From: Pseudomonadota bacterium
GTDB taxonomy: Bacteria > Pseudomonadota > Gammaproteobacteria > Burkholderiales > Burkholderiaceae_C
Reading direction: 5' to 3'
Assembly: GCA_041169125.1 (NCBI GenBank)
Contig: JBEEJP010000003.1
Location: forward strand, 1-30,664
DNA length: 30,664 nucleotides
How positions within the stretch are numbered: the first letter of the stretch is position 1; each line of letters starts with the position of its first letter. Of this stretch, positions 1 to 8,577 are shown piece after piece. The notes under the pieces were generated by a model. It was not told where the DNA came from and made no database searches. It worked only from the letters and a program-made list of their open reading frames with translations. The translations under genes and the position numbers were made by a program.

Positions 1-20
1 CAAGCGCCCCATTCAAGACT

Positions 21-287
21 TTGACGCCTACGCCAAAACATTGGCGGCTTGGATCAAGTAACGCCTTGAGTCGGCTCAAGCTCACCCGCGACAAAATTTA
101 CAAAACGGTCTCACGCCAGTTGCATGGCGTGGTGCCGTGTTGGGTGTGCGGGGAGCATGTGGCGCACGCCGACGCCACGCTAGAACACATTCAACCCTTG
201 AGCGAAGGTGGCAACAGCCACCAAGACAACTTGGCCATCAGCCACGACCGCTGCAACAACCTGCGGCACGCCAAAACGAAATCTTGA
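21..287 (+). CDS. HNH endonuclease family protein (start uncertain)
   Basis: The ORF contains CWVCGEH...LEHIQPLSEGGNSHQDNLAISHDRCNNLRH, a Cys pair plus H-N-H spacing typical of small HNH nucleases. There is no in-frame ATG before the motif (the track start is TTG at 21, with another TTG at 66). A different frame is open from the window edge to TAA at 59-61, so the 5' end is not fixed. Confidence 0.65.
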   Translation: MTPTPKHWRLGSSNALSRLKLTRDKIYKTVSRQLHGVVPCWVCGEHVAHADATLEHIQPLSEGGNSHQDNLAISHDRCNNLRHAKTKS

Positions 288-322
288 CGCGGGCGTCAAG
301 CCTAGGCTGATGCGGTGTTGAC

Positions 323-532
323 TCAGAGGCTTGTAGGCGCAATCGCATTGTCTAAGTTCATAAAAATCGGCCGTCCATCGGGGGTGTTGAGCGGGATGAT
401 TTTTTCTTCATGACCCTGGGCTGCGGGAATGAGTGCGCACAGGGTTGGGCTGCAGCGCAGCTCGCCATTCAAATGCACTTCGAGGTCGGCAATGACCAGC
501 TGCACATCGCTGAGGATTTGTTTGACTCGCAT
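323..532 (-). CDS. small hypothetical protein (69 aa)
   Basis: The minus-strand ATG at 532-530 has AAGGAG (544-539) 6 nt upstream. The track's TTG start at 550 is less likely. The gene is co-oriented with blc and lies directly downstream of it. No family recognised. Confidence 0.5.
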   Translation of the reverse strand: MRVKQILSDVQLVIADLEVHLNGELRCSPTLCALIPAAQGHEEKIIPLNTPDGRPIFMNLDNAIAPTSL

Positions 533-546
533 AGGGAACTCCTTGA

Positions 547-1107
547 TCAACGTTGAGGGGTGGGTTGAAGTTTTTGCACCTCAAAGTGTTGTGCTTTGAG
601 GCGTTCAAGCAAGGCGTCGTAGGCCTTGGCATTGACTTGAGGGGTGCGCGACAGCACCCACAGGTACTCGCGTTTGGCGTCACTCACGGCGGCCAGTTGG
701 TAGTCGGCATCAAGGTCAATCACCCAATAGTCTCCCCACACCATGGGCAACCAGCCTAGCCATGCAGGGGCAAAGCGCACTTGCAGTTGGGGCGATGTGG
801 CGCTGCCGATTTGTTTGGCCAAGCCGAGTGCATCGATGGTGTGGCCATCTGAGGTGACACAGCTGTTGAGCACTTGCACCGTGCCATCGGTTTGCGCCAA
901 ATACCGCGCGCGCGTGTTGGACGTGCACTTGGCTTGGAAACGGTTGGGGAACTTCGCAATCTCGTACCACGTGCCCATGTAGCGAGGGACGTCGAGTGTG
1001 GCGATGGTTTGGACAGGCGGCCACTCGGTGGCGACGGTGGTTTGTGCTGAAGCGTGCAGCGAAGAGAGGGTGAGCAAGGCTGCAAGCCCAAAGTGTGTGA
1101 GCGTCAT
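547..1107 (-). CDS. blc: bacterial lipocalin (Blc-like), secreted
   Basis: Lipocalin hallmarks are YMGTWYEIAKFPNRFQ near the N-terminus and DYWVIDLDADYQLAAVSD..REYLWVLSRTP near the C-terminus, matching E. coli Blc from memory. The N-terminal signal peptide ends ..LHASAQ and has no lipobox Cys. Confidence 0.85.
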   Translation of the reverse strand: MTLTHFGLAALLTLSSLHASAQTTVATEWPPVQTIATLDVPRYMGTWYEIAKFPNRFQAKCTSNTRARYLAQTDGTVQVLNSCVTSDGHTIDALGLAKQIGSATSPQLQVRFAPAWLGWLPMVWGDYWVIDLDADYQLAAVSDAKREYLWVLSRTPQVNAKAYDALLERLKAQHFEVQKLQPTPQR

Positions 1108-1131
1108 GGCGTGTTGTCCTTTTGAAGGGGC

Positions 1132-1692
1132 TTAAAAAATCACTTGCATCTGCAAATGGCGCAGCACGATTTCGGCAATTTGAAGCAACAGCAACAACGC
1201 AATGGGCGATAGATCCACGCCGCCCATGTGCGGCAGAACGCGACGAACAGGGCGTAGCAGTGGCTCCACCAATTGCGCCAAAAAATAGCGCGCATCAGAA
1301 GCCGTGTTGAACCAAGACATCAACGCATAGCCAATGACCAACCACATCAAGCTCGACAAGATGACGCTGACCAACTCAAACCCTGCATGGGTGAGCAAGC
1401 TGAGCGAAGGTGCACTGGCGCCTGCCATGAGCCACAGCAGCGAGTGCTTGGCCAGCAGCACGGCATAAGCGGCCACCAAACTGGCGGTGTCCAAGCGTCC
1501 TATCGCGGGCACAAAGCGGCGCACGGGCAACACCAGCCAGTTGGTGACAGCAAATACAAACGGGGCCAAAGGGTTGCCTCCGCTGCGCGAGAGGTTGATG
1601 CGCTGCAAGTGCATGTACATGCGCAGCAAACACGTGCCTGCCACCAAACCCACGGCGAAGTGAAGAATCAAAGAGAAAATTTGTAGCAACAT
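1132..1692 (-). CDS. yggT: YggT family inner-membrane protein
   Basis: 186-aa polytopic membrane protein. It has two YGGT-type repeats (LVLPVRRFVPAIGRLDTASL and LVEPLLRPVRRVLPHMGGVDLSPI). Confidence 0.8.
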   Translation of the reverse strand: MLLQIFSLILHFAVGLVAGTCLLRMYMHLQRINLSRSGGNPLAPFVFAVTNWLVLPVRRFVPAIGRLDTASLVAAYAVLLAKHSLLWLMAGASAPSLSLLTHAGFELVSVILSSLMWLVIGYALMSWFNTASDARYFLAQLVEPLLRPVRRVLPHMGGVDLSPIALLLLLQIAEIVLRHLQMQVIF

Positions 1693-1754
1693 GGGCGCAG
1701 TTTAGGCGGGCTCAGGCAAAATTTAGCGTCTTTGTTTAAAAACCCCTCGCGCTT

Positions 1755-2330
1755 ATGACACAACCTCCGCGTTTGCCGCGTCTGATTTTTGCCAGCCGCT
1801 GGCTTCAGCTGCCTTTGTACTTGGGCCTCATCTTGGCGCAAGGCATGTATGTGTTTCACTTTTGGGTCGAGTTGGTCCATTTGATTGAAGCTGCGTTCGG
1901 CAACCAGCATGCGTTGGATGCGTTGGTCAACAGCATTGGCTACAAAAATGGCATGGCCGTTGAAAAACTCACCGAGTCCATCACGATGTTGGTGGTGCTG
2001 GGTTTGATTGATGTGGTGATGATCTCCAACTTGCTCATCATGGTCATCGTGGGGGGCTATGAAACCTTTGTCTCGCGCATGTACCTCGAAGACCACCCCG
2101 ATCAACCCGAGTGGCTCAGCCATGTCAACGCCTCGGTGTTGAAGGTGAAGTTGGGCATGGCCATCATTGGCATCTCGTCCATCCATTTGCTCAAGACGTT
2201 TATCAACGCGGCCAACTACGACGAGAAGGTGTTGATGTGGCAAACCCTCATTCACATCACCTTCTTGCTCAGCGCCTTGGCCATTGCCTTGACCGATCGC
2301 ATTTCCCACCCCAAAGACTCTTCGCACTGA
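1755..2330 (+). CDS. yqhA: UPF0114 (YqhA) family membrane protein
   Basis: Co-linear with E. coli YqhA from memory: [46 protein letters not shown]. Confidence 0.8.
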   Translation: MTQPPRLPRLIFASRWLQLPLYLGLILAQGMYVFHFWVELVHLIEAAFGNQHALDALVNSIGYKNGMAVEKLTESITMLVVLGLIDVVMISNLLIMVIVGGYETFVSRMYLEDHPDQPEWLSHVNASVLKVKLGMAIIGISSIHLLKTFINAANYDEKVLMWQTLIHITFLLSALAIALTDRISHPKDSSH

Positions 2331-2333
2331 ACC

Positions 2334-3065
2334 ATGCAGCCACGTCATCCCATCCATCGCACCGCCTTGGTGTTGTTCTCCGGCGGTCAAGACTCCACCA
2401 CGTGTTTGGCCCATGCGCTGGCGCAATACGAACGCGTGGAAACTTTGGCATTTGATTACCGCCAGCGTCATTTGGTGGAGCTGGAGGCCCGCATGCAAGT
2501 GCTGGCGCAAGTGCGTGCACAGTTTCCTGAGTGGGGTGCGAAGTTGGGGGAAGACCATCTGCTCGACTTGGGCGTGTTGGGTCAAGTGAGCGAAACCTCG
2601 CTCACGCGCGACATGGCGTTTCAAATGGAAAGCTCTGGCTTACCCAACACGTTTGTGCCGGGCCGCAACCTGTTGTTCCTCACACTCGCGGCTGCATTGG
2701 CCTATCGTCGTGGGCTGGATGTGATCGTCACTGGGGTGTGCGAAACCGATTTTTCAGGTTACCCCGATTGCCGCGACGACACGATGAAAGCCATGCAAAT
2801 TGCGTTGTCGTTGGGCATGGACCGCCGCTTGCTGATTGAGACGCCGCTCATGTGGATCGACAAAGCCCAAACGTGGCAGCTGGCACATGACTTGGGTCAA
2901 AAAGCCCAGCCCCAAGGCGGTGATCAATTGGTCGACCTCATCGTCGAGCACACGCACACCTGCTACATGGGCGACCGTACACACCGCCACGATTGGGGTT
3001 ACGGCTGCGGCACCTGCCCCGCGTGCGATTTGCGGGCCAAGGGCTGGGAGCGCTGGAAGTCGTAA
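2334..3065 (+). CDS. queC: 7-cyano-7-deazaguanine synthase
   Basis: It has the PP-loop motif [14 protein letters not shown] and the C-terminal Zn-binding cysteines HTCY...GCGTCPAC. The length of 243 aa is typical of QueC. Confidence 0.9.
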   Translation: MQPRHPIHRTALVLFSGGQDSTTCLAHALAQYERVETLAFDYRQRHLVELEARMQVLAQVRAQFPEWGAKLGEDHLLDLGVLGQVSETSLTRDMAFQMESSGLPNTFVPGRNLLFLTLAAALAYRRGLDVIVTGVCETDFSGYPDCRDDTMKAMQIALSLGMDRRLLIETPLMWIDKAQTWQLAHDLGQKAQPQGGDQLVDLIVEHTHTCYMGDRTHRHDWGYGCGTCPACDLRAKGWERWKS

Positions 3066-3100
3066 ACGCTCAAAGGGCCGAGGGCCCTTGGTGTTTCCTC

Positions 3101-3132
3101 AAAAGCGTGTGCTGAGCGGCACACGCTTTTTT
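3101..3132. terminator. bidirectional rho-independent terminator between queC and the convergent ABC gene
   Basis: The sequence reads AAAA-GCGTGTGC-tgagcg-GCACACGC-TTTTTT: an 8-bp GC-rich stem flanked by an A-run and a T-run. A second hairpin, AAGGGCC-gag-GGCCCTT, lies at 3072-3088. Confidence 0.7.
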
Positions 3133-4991
3133 CATTCGGTCACCAGCATGAACTTGGCTGCGCTGCCTTCAGGCGCAGCCACAAACTGCCACACCGTGTC
3201 GTGGTGGCTGGCCACGCTGGGGCGGTGGGCAATGGACACCAATCCCCCGCCTTCTTCGCGCACCATCGTCAGCAGCTTTTCATACAAGGCTTTTTCAGCC
3301 GCCTCGTCCAACGCGCTGGTGGCTTCGTCGGCAAACACCCAGCGTGGGCGCTTGAGCAACACACGCGCCAAGGCCAAACGTTGTTGCTCGCCCCCGGAGA
3401 GCTGTTGCGTCCATTGGCCGGCAACGTCGAGGTCGTTCACCAGGTGGGGCAGCAACGCGTCGTACAACGCGTTTTTCAGGGCTTCATCGGTGTAGTGCTC
3501 GGCACTGTCGGGATAGGCCAAGGCTTGGCGCAATGTGCCCTGTGGAAAGTAAGGGCGCTGCGGCATGAACACACTGCGCTCGGGCAGCACCACGGGACCG
3601 TAGGTGATGGGCTCGCCACGGCGGTCGTGTGTGGGCGATGTCACATGCGGCCAAATGCCCGCAAGCACGCGCAACAAGGTGGACTTGCCGCAACCCGAGG
3701 GGCCACGAATCAACACCGTGTCACCCGCGGCTGCATTGAGCGAGGTGTCGGCCAGCAGCACATCGCCGTTGGGCAGAGACACCGTCAGTGGCGTGGTGTG
3801 CAAGGCGTTGATGCCTGTGTGCGTGACAGCCGTGGCGCCTGTGAACGACAGGGGGGACCACTGGGGCTCGGCCCCCTCGTCCATCTGGATGGCCAACATT
3901 TGGTCTTGGAAACTCGTCAAACGCAAGGTAGTGGCTTGCCACGACGCCAAGCGGCTGTAGTTGCTGATGAACCAACTGAGGGACTCTTGCACTTGCCCAA
4001 ATGCGGAGGAAATTTGCATCAACTCGCCCAACTGAATGGCGCCGCTGAAGTAGCGGGGTGAGGCCACCAACATGGGAAACACCACCGCCGCTTGACCGTA
4101 GCCAGAGTTGAACCAGGTGTAGCGCTTTTGCACGCGCAGCAAGCGCATGAAGTTGTCCAGCACTTGCTTGAACCGCTCTTGCAACGACAAGCGTTCCACA
4201 CGGCCACCACGGTCGAGCGCAATCGCTTCGCTGTACTCACGCACACGCATGAGGTGGTGACGGAAATCGGCTTCTAAGCGCTGTTGCGCAAAGTTCAGCG
4301 AGGCCATAGAGCGGCCAATCAGATGCCCCACCAAGCTGCCTGTCAACGCGTAGGCCAAAGCCATCCACACCATGAAGCCGGGGATGTTGTAGGTCTCGCC
4401 CGCCACCTCAAAACTAAAGCCACCCGAGAGCGACCACAAGATACCCACAAAGCTCAAGAGCGTGACCGTGGCATCGAGCAAGCCTAGCGACAAGCCCACG
4501 GTGTCTGCGGTGAACTGCTGCACGTCTTCTTGAATCCGTTGGTCGGGGTTGTCGGTGCCGTGTTTGCTTTGCAACTCAAGCTGGTAAAACACGTGGCCGC
4601 GCAGCCATCGTTGCAAGTAGTCGCGTGTCATCCATGCGCGCCAACGCAGCTCGAGCAACTGGGTGAGGTAAAAGCGGTACACCGCCACGATGATGAAGCA
4701 GGTGGCCAACAGGGCAAACACCCCGAGCTGGTGCCAAAACACCTCGGCATTGCGGTTTTGCAGCGCGTCGTAGAACACGCGGTTCCAATCGTTGAGCAAC
4801 ACCATCATGTAGACCATGCCAAGGTTCAAGCCCACGCAGGCGGCCAGCAGCAAACGCGCGCGCCATTTTTCTTCGGACTTGAAATAGGGCAGCGACAGCG
4901 CCCACACACGGCTGAGTTGGAGACGGCTTTTTTGCCAGTTCGTGGCCACACTGCCAGCCAAGTGGTTGGCCACGGTTTTGAATGCGTTCAT
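3132..4991 (-). CDS. ABC transporter, fused permease/ATPase of the SbmA/BacA-like (YddA-type) class
   Basis: The N-terminal roughly 350 aa hold several hydrophobic helices. The C-terminal NBD carries Walker A GPSGCGKST, signature LSGGEQQR and Walker B WVFADEATSALD. The substrate is unknown. Confidence 0.85.
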   Translation of the reverse strand: MNAFKTVANHLAGSVATNWQKSRLQLSRVWALSLPYFKSEEKWRARLLLAACVGLNLGMVYMMVLLNDWNRVFYDALQNRNAEVFWHQLGVFALLATCFIIVAVYRFYLTQLLELRWRAWMTRDYLQRWLRGHVFYQLELQSKHGTDNPDQRIQEDVQQFTADTVGLSLGLLDATVTLLSFVGILWSLSGGFSFEVAGETYNIPGFMVWMALAYALTGSLVGHLIGRSMASLNFAQQRLEADFRHHLMRVREYSEAIALDRGGRVERLSLQERFKQVLDNFMRLLRVQKRYTWFNSGYGQAAVVFPMLVASPRYFSGAIQLGELMQISSAFGQVQESLSWFISNYSRLASWQATTLRLTSFQDQMLAIQMDEGAEPQWSPLSFTGATAVTHTGINALHTTPLTVSLPNGDVLLADTSLNAAAGDTVLIRGPSGCGKSTLLRVLAGIWPHVTSPTHDRRGEPITYGPVVLPERSVFMPQRPYFPQGTLRQALAYPDSAEHYTDEALKNALYDALLPHLVNDLDVAGQWTQQLSGGEQQRLALARVLLKRPRWVFADEATSALDEAAEKALYEKLLTMVREEGGGLVSIAHRPSVASHHDTVWQFVAAPEGSAAKFMLVTE

Positions 4992-4996
4992 GGTGC

Positions 4997-5899
4997 TTAA
5001 AAGTCTGTGTTGCGCACACCGCTGGCCACATGGCCTGCGGGCACATGGCGAGCAGCGGATTCGATGTGGCCGGTTTGGTCGTCGAAGAAAAAGTCGGGCT
5101 CAAACTCACGCAAGAACTCGCCTTTTTCAAGGCCGCCTAAGAACATGGCTTCGTCCACTTCAATGTTCCAGTTCATCAGGGTGCGGATGGCGCGCTCGTG
5201 CGCAGGGGCGCTGCGTGCGGTGACCAGCGCGGTGCGAATGCGCATGTGTGGCGTGCCCGCTTGTTGCAACTGATGCAAAGCGGCCAGCAACGGTTTGAAA
5301 GGGCCTGCAGAGAGTGGCTGAGCCGCTTTGGTTTTTTCGTGCTGTTGAAACGCATCCAAACCTTGTGCTTGGAACACACGTTCAGCCTCGTCACTGAACA
5401 ACACCGCATCGCCGTCAAACGCAATCCGTACCTCGTTCGGGTTGGCCTCAGAGGCGTGTGCCGAATGGGGGTAGACCTGTGCGGCAGGCACACCGGCATC
5501 CAGCGCTGAGCGCACGTCTGACAAGTGCGTGGACAAAAACAAATTGGCGTTGAGTGGGCGCAAATAACGCCAAGGCGATTGGCCCCGCGTGAAGCTGCCT
5601 CGCTGAATGGGCAAGCCATAGTGCTGCGCCGAGCGGAACACGCGCATGCCACTCACAGGGTCGTTGCGCGAGAGGATGACCACTTCCACGCGTTGCGCCT
5701 CAGACGTGTTGAACGCCAACAACTTTTGCACCAACGAAAACGCCACACCGGGTTTGGCGGGTGTCTCTAGACGCTCGAGTTGCAAATTCATGTACGCGCG
5801 GTCGTCGCCTTGTTCAAAGACTTGGTTTTCTTCTTCAAAGTCGAACAGCGCGCGTGAGGAAATGGCCACCACCAATTTGCCGTTGAGTGAGATGCTCAT
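4997..5899 (-). CDS. 5'-nucleotidase family protein (PF06189-like, recalled)
   Basis: 300 aa. The N-terminal LVVAISSRALFDFEEENQVF and the VEVVILSRN..SGMRVF blocks match my memory of the bacterial cytosolic 5'-nucleotidase family. The family name is from recall, not from a search. Confidence 0.7.
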   Translation of the reverse strand: MSISLNGKLVVAISSRALFDFEEENQVFEQGDDRAYMNLQLERLETPAKPGVAFSLVQKLLAFNTSEAQRVEVVILSRNDPVSGMRVFRSAQHYGLPIQRGSFTRGQSPWRYLRPLNANLFLSTHLSDVRSALDAGVPAAQVYPHSAHASEANPNEVRIAFDGDAVLFSDEAERVFQAQGLDAFQQHEKTKAAQPLSAGPFKPLLAALHQLQQAGTPHMRIRTALVTARSAPAHERAIRTLMNWNIEVDEAMFLGGLEKGEFLREFEPDFFFDDQTGHIESAARHVPAGHVASGVRNTDF

Positions 5900-5951
5900 G
5901 TGTAGTCTCCAAGTACGGTTCGCCGCTGGACGGCTCTCGAGGCGAAGGGGC

Positions 5952-7166
5952 TTATCTGACCCATTGGTTGAGTTGAATGATCGGCAGCATCACGGCCAAG
6001 ACGATGAGCATCACCATCGCGCCCATCGCCACGATGAGCAAAGGCTCCAAAATCGTCGCCAGTTGCAAAGCGCGTCGTTGCACTTCTTCGCTCAGCTGTG
6101 CAGCGGCGCGCTGCAGCATGGTGGGCAACGTGCCGGTTTGCTCGCCCAAGCGCGAGAACATGACCAGCAAGCGTGGAAAGCGCGGGTGTTGTGCCAAGGC
6201 AGAGGCCAAGGGCGCACCTTCACGCACCAGAACCAGTGCATCTTGCGCATCACGCTTGAGCGCAGTGTTGCTCAGTGTGTCGGCCGCGGCTTGCAGGGCT
6301 TTCAAAATGGGTACACCTGCCGTGGTCAGCATGGCCAGCGTGCTGGCAAAACGGGCCGCGTTGTAGCCACGGGCCAAGCGACCAATGAGTGGCAACTGCA
6401 GCCAAGCGGCATCCAAACGCAGACGCACCTCGGCTTGCTTCAAGGCCACATGGCCGCCTGCGCATAGCAGAGCGATCAGCACCAAACCCCACAGCCAAAA
6501 GTCTTGCACAAAGCGACTCAGGGCCAGCATGACGCTGGTGAGTGCGGGCAGTTGTTGCTGGTGGCTGCCAAACACCTGCGCCACTTGCGGCACCACATAG
6601 GCCAGCAAAAACAGCACGATGACCAAAGCCACCAAGCACACGATGGCCGGGTACAAGCCTGCGGCCCACAATTTGCTGCGCAAGTTTTGTTGTTCTTGCA
6701 AATCGTCGGCCAAGCGCTCCAGCACCAAACCAAGGTGGCCGCTTTGCTCGCCTGCCCCCACGACGGCGGTGAAGATGGGGCTGAATTCGCGCGGGTGTTG
6801 GCTGAGTGCTTTGGCAAATGGGGCGCCTGCATTCACCTCGGTGCGCAGGGCTGAGACCAAGTCGCGTTGGCGGGGTGTTTCGGCTTCGTCGCTCAAAGCA
6901 GACAGGGCGCGTTCCAATGGCAAGCCCGCGTTCACCAAGCCTGAGAGCTGCCGAGTCCAAACGGCCAGCGACGTGCTGCTGAAAATTTTGCTTTCCCAAA
7001 TGACGGTGTTCAAGCCGCTGCCACTGCGTTGCACGGGCTCGACCTTGAGGGGCACCAAATCTTGTGCGCGCAGCTGGCTGCGGGCTGTGCGCGCGGTGTC
7101 GGCCTCTAGCACGCCACGGCGCGTTTGGCCTTGGGGGTCGAGGGCTTCAAACGCGTAGGCGGGCAT
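5952..7166 (-). CDS. gspF: type II secretion system inner-membrane platform protein GspF
   Basis: 404 aa with the duplicated GspF/PilC domain architecture and three TM segments. It is the last gene of the gsp cluster. Confidence 0.9.
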   Translation of the reverse strand: MPAYAFEALDPQGQTRRGVLEADTARTARSQLRAQDLVPLKVEPVQRSGSGLNTVIWESKIFSSTSLAVWTRQLSGLVNAGLPLERALSALSDEAETPRQRDLVSALRTEVNAGAPFAKALSQHPREFSPIFTAVVGAGEQSGHLGLVLERLADDLQEQQNLRSKLWAAGLYPAIVCLVALVIVLFLLAYVVPQVAQVFGSHQQQLPALTSVMLALSRFVQDFWLWGLVLIALLCAGGHVALKQAEVRLRLDAAWLQLPLIGRLARGYNAARFASTLAMLTTAGVPILKALQAAADTLSNTALKRDAQDALVLVREGAPLASALAQHPRFPRLLVMFSRLGEQTGTLPTMLQRAAAQLSEEVQRRALQLATILEPLLIVAMGAMVMLIVLAVMLPIIQLNQWVR

Positions 7167-7185
7167 GGTCTGTTGGTTTCAGGGG

Positions 7186-8574
7186 TCAGTCGCGTGTCAC
7201 GCGAATCAGTTCTTCGCGGGTCGAGATGCCCGCACGCACCAAGCGCTCGCCATCGTCGCGCATGAGCGTCATGCCGTTGCGCAGCGCGGCATCGCGCAGC
7301 TGCGCTTCGCTGGCTTGGTTGTGGATGAGCGCGCGCATGTCGTCGTGGGTGGTGAGCAATTCAAAAATGCCGGTGCGGCCTTGGTAGCCGCTGTGGCCAC
7401 ATTCGTCACAGCCTTGGCCTTGGCAGTGCGTACACGTTTTACGCAGCAGGCGTTGTGCCAAGACGCCCAAGAGCGATGAACTGAGCAAGAAGGGCTCCAC
7501 ACCCATATCGGTTAAGCGGGTGATGGCGCTGGCCGCATCGTTGGTGTGCAGCGTGGCCAACACCAAGTGGCCGGTGAGCGAGGCTTGAATGGCGATTTGT
7601 GCTGTTTCGTAATCGCGAATCTCGCCAATCATGATGATGTCGGGGTCTTGGCGCAGGATGGCACGAAGCGCCTTGGCAAAGTCCAAATCAATCTTGGGGT
7701 TCACTTGGGTTTGGCCCACGCCGGCCAACTCATATTCAATCGGATCTTCGACCGTCATGATGTTGTTGCGTGTGGCGTCTAGCCCTTGCAGCGCGGCATA
7801 CAAGGTGGTGGTTTTGCCCGAGCCCGTAGGGCCGGTGACCAAGATGATGCCGTGGGGCTGGTGCACCAGCGCTTCAAAGCGGCGCAGTGTGTCGCCTTCC
7901 ATGCCCACCGCTTGTAGGGTGAGTTTGCTCTCGGTTTTGTCGAGCAAACGCAGCACCGCACGTTCGCCGTGTGCGCTGGGCAAGGTGGAGACACGCACGT
8001 CGATCGCGCGTTGGCCCAGGCGCAGTGAAATGCGGCCGTCTTGCGGCAAACGTTTTTCGGCAATGTCCAACTCGGCCATGATTTTGAGGCGCGAAATCAA
8101 CGCGGCATGCAAGGCGCGGTTGGGTTGCACCACTTCGCGCAGCGTGCCGTCCACACGGAAACGCACGCTGCTGTGGCGCTCGTAGGGTTCGATGTGGATG
8201 TCGCTCGCCCCATCGCGTGCCGCCTGCGTGAGCAAGGCGTTGAGCATGCGAATGATGGGGGCGTCGTCGGCGGCTTCGAGCAAGTCCTCCACCGCAGGCA
8301 GCTCTTGCATCATGCGGGTGAGGTCGGCATCGCTTTGCACCTCACTCACCACGGCAGCGGCGTTGCTGTCGGCTTGGGCATAGGCTTCGCTGATGCGTTT
8401 GGCCAGTGTGGGCTTGTCCAAGTACTCAAACGCTTGCACGGCATGGGTACGTGTGATTTCGCTCCACGCACCTAGGTCAGGTGCGTCGCTGTGCCACAGC
8501 GTGAGCGTGTGGCCATCGTCCTCCAGCAAGAGCTGGTGGGTGCGGGCAAAGGCGTAGGGCAGCGGGCGGCGCAT
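7186..8574 (-). CDS. gspE: type II secretion system ATPase GspE
   Basis: Motifs present are Walker A GPTGSGKTT, the Asp box and Walker B IIMIGEIRD, the His box, and the tetracysteine motif CTHC..C.EC. Confidence 0.95.
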   Translation of the reverse strand: MRRPLPYAFARTHQLLLEDDGHTLTLWHSDAPDLGAWSEITRTHAVQAFEYLDKPTLAKRISEAYAQADSNAAAVVSEVQSDADLTRMMQELPAVEDLLEAADDAPIIRMLNALLTQAARDGASDIHIEPYERHSSVRFRVDGTLREVVQPNRALHAALISRLKIMAELDIAEKRLPQDGRISLRLGQRAIDVRVSTLPSAHGERAVLRLLDKTESKLTLQAVGMEGDTLRRFEALVHQPHGIILVTGPTGSGKTTTLYAALQGLDATRNNIMTVEDPIEYELAGVGQTQVNPKIDLDFAKALRAILRQDPDIIMIGEIRDYETAQIAIQASLTGHLVLATLHTNDAASAITRLTDMGVEPFLLSSSLLGVLAQRLLRKTCTHCQGQGCDECGHSGYQGRTGIFELLTTHDDMRALIHNQASEAQLRDAALRNGMTLMRDDGERLVRAGISTREELIRVTRD

Positions 8575-8577
8575 GGT

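Noticed and set aside
2-61. Frame open from the window edge to TAA at 59-61 (..KRPIQDFDAYAKTLAAWIK*). It could be the 3' end of an upstream gene.
   Set aside because: Only 19 codons are visible, with no recognisable motif. That is too little to call, and it is noted only because it affects the HNH start.
1668-2624. Long antisense or overlapping ORFs throughout the high-GC core. Examples are 1668-2624 (-), 3201-4061 (+), 8491-9273 (+), 9876-10625 (-), 10042-10656 (+), 14432-14980 (+), 15409-16128 (+), 16400-17098 (+) and 17102-17644 (+).
   Set aside because: They overlap genes with clear family signatures on the other strand or frame. Their translations are Arg/Gly/His/Ala-rich low-complexity strings, typical of spurious open frames in GC-rich DNA.
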